64,000 nt of DNA, from assembly GCF_044704955.1 (NCBI RefSeq), contig NC_091984.1, positions 211,048,001 through 211,112,000 of the forward strand, given 5' to 3'. The stretch's first letter is position 1; each line of letters starts with the position of its first letter. This DNA is from Pristiophorus japonicus. Taxonomy: Eukaryota. The notes under the pieces are model-generated. The model did not search any database. It was not told where the DNA came from and was given only the letters and a program-made list of their open reading frames with translations. The position numbers and the translations under genes were made by a program. Positions 58,523 to 64,000 of this stretch are shown piece after piece.

Positions 58523-60899
58523 CTCCAATCTCTGAAATAAAATTTTAAAGAGATTTCCAGGCAGTATTCATGTTGCAGTATGTTGCTGGTCACTGCAGTG
58601 CCACGATCAACAGAATTAATATCCTATATGGCCTTTTTCTACAATCTTGAATCGCAAATGGGACTAACTTAAATCGCAGCTGTGTGCTGACGTACAATTT
58701 TTGTCACTGACTGGAAGCTCACTACCACAAGGAAGAAATAATAAGTGAATTATGTCACCTTGAAAACAAAACCCTACGATGTCACACAGCCAAGGCAATG
58801 TTTTCTGCAATTCATCAAGAGCAACTCTTCTAAATTCATCATTTAAGATTCATTTAGTAGCTGCTTCTCAATGATCATGCAATGTTTTCAGATTATTTTG
58901 TCTAAATAAAACTAACAGCAAGATAATCTTTCTGGGTAAAGTGAATAGGTACTGTAGCTAAAGCAGCGACAGAGTCAGAACATTTGGAGCATTGTGGTTG
59001 ATGAATTCTGAACTTGCTCTTCTATCATTGAAATAGGCATTGTGCGTTCATTTGTCTCATTTCCTCTCAGTTTTCTTTGTAGACCGGAATAACTCCAGTC
59101 TTCCTTTGGGTTTTGCAGTAAAATCAGCACTTTATGATAAAAGGTTTTGCTTTAATACAACCTTGCTGTTATGGTCTACAAATACCAACTTTGAACAAAA
59201 CACAAAATAAAATGAACAATTCCTGGAAACAAAACATCTGGTATATGAGCAGGTACCATGGGTAAGTATTGCAATAAAGATAATAGAACACGCTGGTTTA
59301 TATCGATTTAAATTTATTTTTGAACACTGCTCAAGAATGTCCTTATTTCACCTCCTTCTTTTGAGCCAATAACCTTGACAGTACATCATGTAACATTACC
59401 AAGTGTCATGGTGAGTATGGTGAAGAACAGACAGCAATACCATTATAGATTTTGTCCTTCCAAACTCGAGTCTGAGGAGTGCATTTTGAGCTTTTGACAC
59501 TAGACCAAAGCACTAGTGGTATTAATGGGAACAATTTCACAATATTAAAGTGACTTAGCTTAAGCATATAACACATTGACACCAATACTCTAAATAAACC
59601 TGGTGACAACCTGTTTCATTTGTCAAAAATATAGTCACCACTACCATTGTACTTAATGAACAATTTTCACTGGGACTAGAACAAAAACTATTTTTTTAAA
59701 ATAACACGTCATTAAATGGCTCTCTTCAAAACTGTTCAGTACATTGAAATAATTCATGCATAACATGACTGCCATTTCACTCATGTCTTTTCACTTTTAA
59801 AAGATATTTCTTTGAATCATAGAATGTTACAGCACAGAAAGGCCACTGGCCCATCTTGACTGCACCAATGATTATCTTTTTTTCAACCAGTCATATCTAA
59901 TCCCACTCTATAGCTCACTCCCCACACCCTTTAGAAACCCTCTTTCAAGCAATTATCTAATTTCCTTAAATAAAAATTCAGACTCTGCGGCAGAGAATGA
60001 GACATTCTAATTGACATTTTATTTTCTAATGTCCCTTTAACTCTATAATTCTAATTTTCAGTCCACAGTATATCTTTCCTATAAACAAGCCGAACACTAC
60101 CTGCAGCCGAGATGGCAGGCAACCTTCTCGAAGTCTGCCACCAAAGTCACTCTCTAATTTGGCTATGGTCCACAGAAAGGTGGCTGACAGCTTCCAACAG
60201 CAGCTCAGCTGCAAATGGGAACTGAACTGTGTGGGAGAAATAAAAAAATCCAATCACCCGCTCTGTGGTACTGTGCAGCCATGCTATCTCAAACTTCTAC
60301 AATTTAGTCAGAAAATTTATATTATAAATTACCCATTTTAAACAGTAGAGAAAATTAACAGTATCTGTACTATTATTTGGGTTCCACAATGGGTTGGAAC
60401 AATATCCTTCAAAACTGCCCATTATGAAGTACCAATTGACACTAAAGTGATAGATTTACTCAAAGGATGTATCACTCAAAGGCTGTAAAGCTAGCTGTTG
60501 TGGGAAAAGCAAAAATGGTTATTAGAGTTTCTTGTGAAATGAGTTTGGACATTTTTCTATTAGTCCTTGATCCAACCATCTTCACTTATGCCTCATCAGC
60601 AGCTGCAGTGTAAAATATGATTTCAATTGTGCCAATATATTCCATTGTAGCTGAATGTAACACTAAAAACAGCTTTCCTCTACAGTAGAAAATTTATCTG
60701 AAACTGATGGTCAAATAAAATGGTGTTACTGAAGCTTTCCTCAGCATCAACATTCCCAGCTTGGATTCTCCCATTCCCTTCACTTTAGGTTAGGCAAACC
60801 AACAGACAGGAAAGCAAGTTTCCGTATCAGAAACATCTCAAAACGTTAATCCTCCTCCGACTCACCCCAAAAAAATACCAGGAATATTTGCTTTTTACA

Positions 60900-61580
60900 T
60901 CCGTTCTCTAATGTCTTATGTATGTTCAATTATACACCAATTTGAAAGATGAAAACCAGTTAACAAAATCACATCTTAGCTCATCCATCCAGAAAAACCC
61001 TCAAGTCCTTTCATTGCAGCATCCAATTGGTTCTTAAATGATTGTAGAGTTTATACCTCCACTACTCTCCGATTCCACGTGCTGATCATTCTTTGTGACT
61101 GCTGATATCAGTCCTAAATTTGCCTTTTATTACTTTAAATCAATGACTCCCTTGTTCTACTCTCAACTTAATTTAAAGTAATTTTTCAATTTACCTTTTC
61201 CACACAGCTTAAAATCTTGCACTCCTCTATAAGATCACCAGTTGCATATGTTCTTTCAAGGATGAACAGCCTAAGTTTCTGCAATCTTTTCTCATAACTG
61301 AGACCCCATCTCCCCTACGCCCCCTCACCAAAGACTTGAGATCACCCCGATCTCTGCACTGCCTCCAGTGTTTGCATATCTCACTTGCGTCATGTTGACC
61401 AGAACCAAACACAGGAGTGGCCTAACCAGAGTACTGTACAATTTGATTACCACATCCTTTGACTTGTCATCTACTGTTTTGGCTATATATTTCAATATTC
61501 TATGGACTTTATTGATTGGTGCTCTTCACTGGTTGGATATTTAGAGTGCCATGTCTACTAAGACCCCTAGGTCTCTTTCA
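60900..61580 (-). mobile_element. Old CR1 3' fragment
   Basis: Minus strand shows degenerate DLGV, ANKVH, LYSTLVRPL and RGVIDLK patterns of the CR1 C-terminus. Confidence 0.55.
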
Positions 61581-62164
61581 ATACTTCATAAGTCTCCTTT
61601 AGGATTATAGGATTTCTGGAATCTTTAAAATTCCACTGTGTTTTGAAATATTTATGATAAATAAAAATGGTCTGGCTGTTTGAAGTTTTTATCTCTACAA
61701 AAAAGCGGTGGACTAAGATTCTAAAAACAATGATGGCCCTTTGCTTAAGTGGCCAATCTCCACACGTGAGCTTTGGTAGGTGAGGTTTGGCAAGACAGTC
61801 GAACGTGGAAGACAGCCGAGCCCGCTTCTGTCCTTAAGCAATTTCCACACAAGTTCACTTGTTTGGTATCTAATAATAGCTACTACAGACTAGAAACCAC
61901 AGTCAATTCTTAGCCTCCATAACCCAAGGACATCAAGACCAATTGCCATGGCAATGACTGAAAATGTTGAACTTATAATTGGTCAGAGATTAAACCCATG
62001 GTATATTCTTGGTCTATAAGTCTCAATCATACTATGCAATGCATTTACACAGTGGGTGAACAGGTAAGCCACTTGTGGATGAGTTGCTTTATGGTAGAAT
62101 TCTGATTTTGTATAACAAACTTTGGTAGTAACATGCAATTGAAGAAAATTCAGTACTGGAACTA

Positions 62165-62880
62165 AAGGTGGAATTTAGAGCGCCCCCCCCACCCCACCCA
62201 ACCCAACTCCACAGCAGGCAGGAGAGGGTCGAGGTGTACGAGGGTAAATTGGTAAAAATGTGAAACTTGACTCCCGACCCGCATCTACTTCCAGTTTAAC
62301 TGCGGCAGGTTTGGAGGCATCCAAGTAACCCGCTATGGAGAGGCGGGTCAGTGACTATAAATAAAGCTCAGTTCCTCAGATTTTGGAAACCATTTGAATT
62401 TAATGGTTGTGGGCTTGGTTTCCCACGGCTTGGGAAACCCGGTAAGCTAAGGGATCACCGGAGCTGCCAGATCCAGCAGGCAAGTGCTTTTCCAGCACTA
62501 CTAATAGGCCAGGAGGAGCAGGCGTGCTTCTACCCCCTGGCCCCTTAAGCAAATCTTCTGCCGTGATCTCTCCCTCCCAGTGATCAGCTGACCACCTCCC
62601 ATCGCGATCTCGTCTTTCCTGATCTTTCCCTCCCGATCTTTCTCTCCCTCTCTCCTCACAGCTACGCTCCAAGCCGCCACACCGTACCCCGATCTTCTCC
62701 GATTGTTGCCGACCGTTCTCGGCTGTGGCCTTCAACTGCTGATTTACTGCTATGAAATGGAGTAAAAAATGTTGAGATGCTGCCATTAAATTCGCCAGGA
62801 CCTCTGCGTTTCTGGTAATTCTGGGTTTCCCGACTGCAAACATGCGCCCCTGCTCCTCCCGATAAATATCCGGGGCCCCA
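62165..62880. mobile_element. GC-rich non-autonomous DNA-transposon-like repeat
   Basis: Shares an internal block with 58225-58330; ends GGTGGAATTT / AAATATCCGGGGCCCC. Confidence 0.55.
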
Positions 62881-63957
62881 AGTGTGTGTAAATGGAGCTA
62901 GAATTATTTTTGCCACATTATTTATTCAGGTTGCACACCAGCACTATGTCAGACTCGTGAAACGTCTCAAACAGCAACAATGGGATATTCATTCAAATGT
63001 AAATAATTTCAAAGCACTTTAACAGCAAAATTGTTAGTAGCAGCACTCAATGTTTGACAAATTATTTTTTTTAAATGTTGCGGGAAAGATCTTCAAAGCA
63101 ATTACACGAGTTTTAATGGGCGAGTATCTGGTAAACCAAATTCTGATAATAAACTGCCAACACGGATTCAGGATGGGAAAGTTATATTTAACAACTTTTT
63201 GCCATTCTTTTAATAAAAGGTATCTTGCTGTCATTAAAGTCAAGGAAATGCAGTGAATGGTAAACACCCGCATTTTGATTTTAAAACAAGTTTGAGAAGA
63301 TCTTCATTAGGTAAAGCCAAGGAATAAGCAGTAGAAAATTGCCTTAAAAACAGGAAACAGCTGTGTCATAACCAGTAACAGGATGGAAAGGGTGTGCAAT
63401 TGGGGTACCAGAAGAGTCTTTCTTGGGAAATTCCCTATTTCTAATTGCAGTGGTGCGGATAATGAGAGTTTGAAAAGGTTATTAAAGTTGAAAAGCAAAT
63501 AATGAAGAATGTGGTTAGAGTAAGGAACAGTGCTTTCAAAAACTCGATGGCAATTAAAAATTAGACATACAAATAAAGAGAGAATTCAGAAAGCATAATC
63601 TCACACAACAGGTAATAATATATTAAATAAATTACCAGATAAAGCCATTGAAACAAATACTATAAAAGTGGGTCTAAAGAGAACCAGAAAGGTTTGAGGG
63701 GAAAAGGGACAGAAGGATATGGTGAGAAAACAGAAAGGTATTCAACAAAATAGGGGAAATTTGAGCCAAAAATTTCAAGACACAGACAGACACTGACTAC
63801 TTTCCAAAGCTGGTCGCAAAGGTAAAAAGACAATGCTCTAACCCACTTGCACCTAGTCCCTTGAAGATTGGTGAAGATACTGTAGAAAGCTATTAAATGT
63901 TGTGCTGAGAGATAATTCACATGATAAAAACTGAACAACAGGGTTATCTGAAATAAT

Positions 63958-64000
63958 GGGCTCAATTTTCCACAATGCCATTTTTTGCCGTATTTGAAGA
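63958..64000. mobile_element. Left TIR of another Harbinger-family element running off the window
   Basis: AAT|GGGCTCAATTTTCC, the same TIR type as 11833-16287. Confidence 0.65.

Noticed and set aside
56430-63950. 5' exon(s) or promoter of the zinc-finger gene
   Set aside because: Donor-like sites exist (e.g. minus-strand GTGAGT near 60865), but no convincing phase-1 coding exon or CpG-island promoter could be supported.

Overview
Eukaryotic (vertebrate) genomic DNA, most likely a cartilaginous fish (shark): the repeats are CR1/L2/RTE LINEs, Deu-domain SINEs, Gypsy LTR elements and PIF/Harbinger transposons, and the MHC class I fragment is shark-like. No prokaryotic features were seen. The main host gene is an unnamed minus-strand gene. 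Six exons with canonical AG/GT sites (51298-51108, 43719-43525, 37994-37842, 32432-32295, 30272-30180, 24376-23798) splice into one open frame of about 448 aa: a Cys/His cluster with a C2H2 finger, an S/T-rich linker, a long coiled coil, an acidic tail and a putative bipartite NLS. Its 5' exon(s) were not found. Positions 1-16.3 kb are a transposon nest: a CR1 with an intact 932-aa ORF2, a Gypsy integrase plus LTR, and two two-gene Harbingers, one of them full length with TIRs and TSD. The most striking object is a 1.43-kb non-autonomous Harbinger-type element (30566-31993; perfect 16-bp TIRs, AAT TSD). Its interior is an intronless MHC class I mRNA fragment (alpha3-TM-cytoplasmic tail-3'UTR, no poly(A)), i.e. 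a 'Pack-Harbinger' carrying an immune-gene cDNA. It sits sense in an intron of the zinc-finger gene, behind an in-frame splice acceptor supplied by the transposon arm. All family assignments are from motif recognition; no database searches were run.
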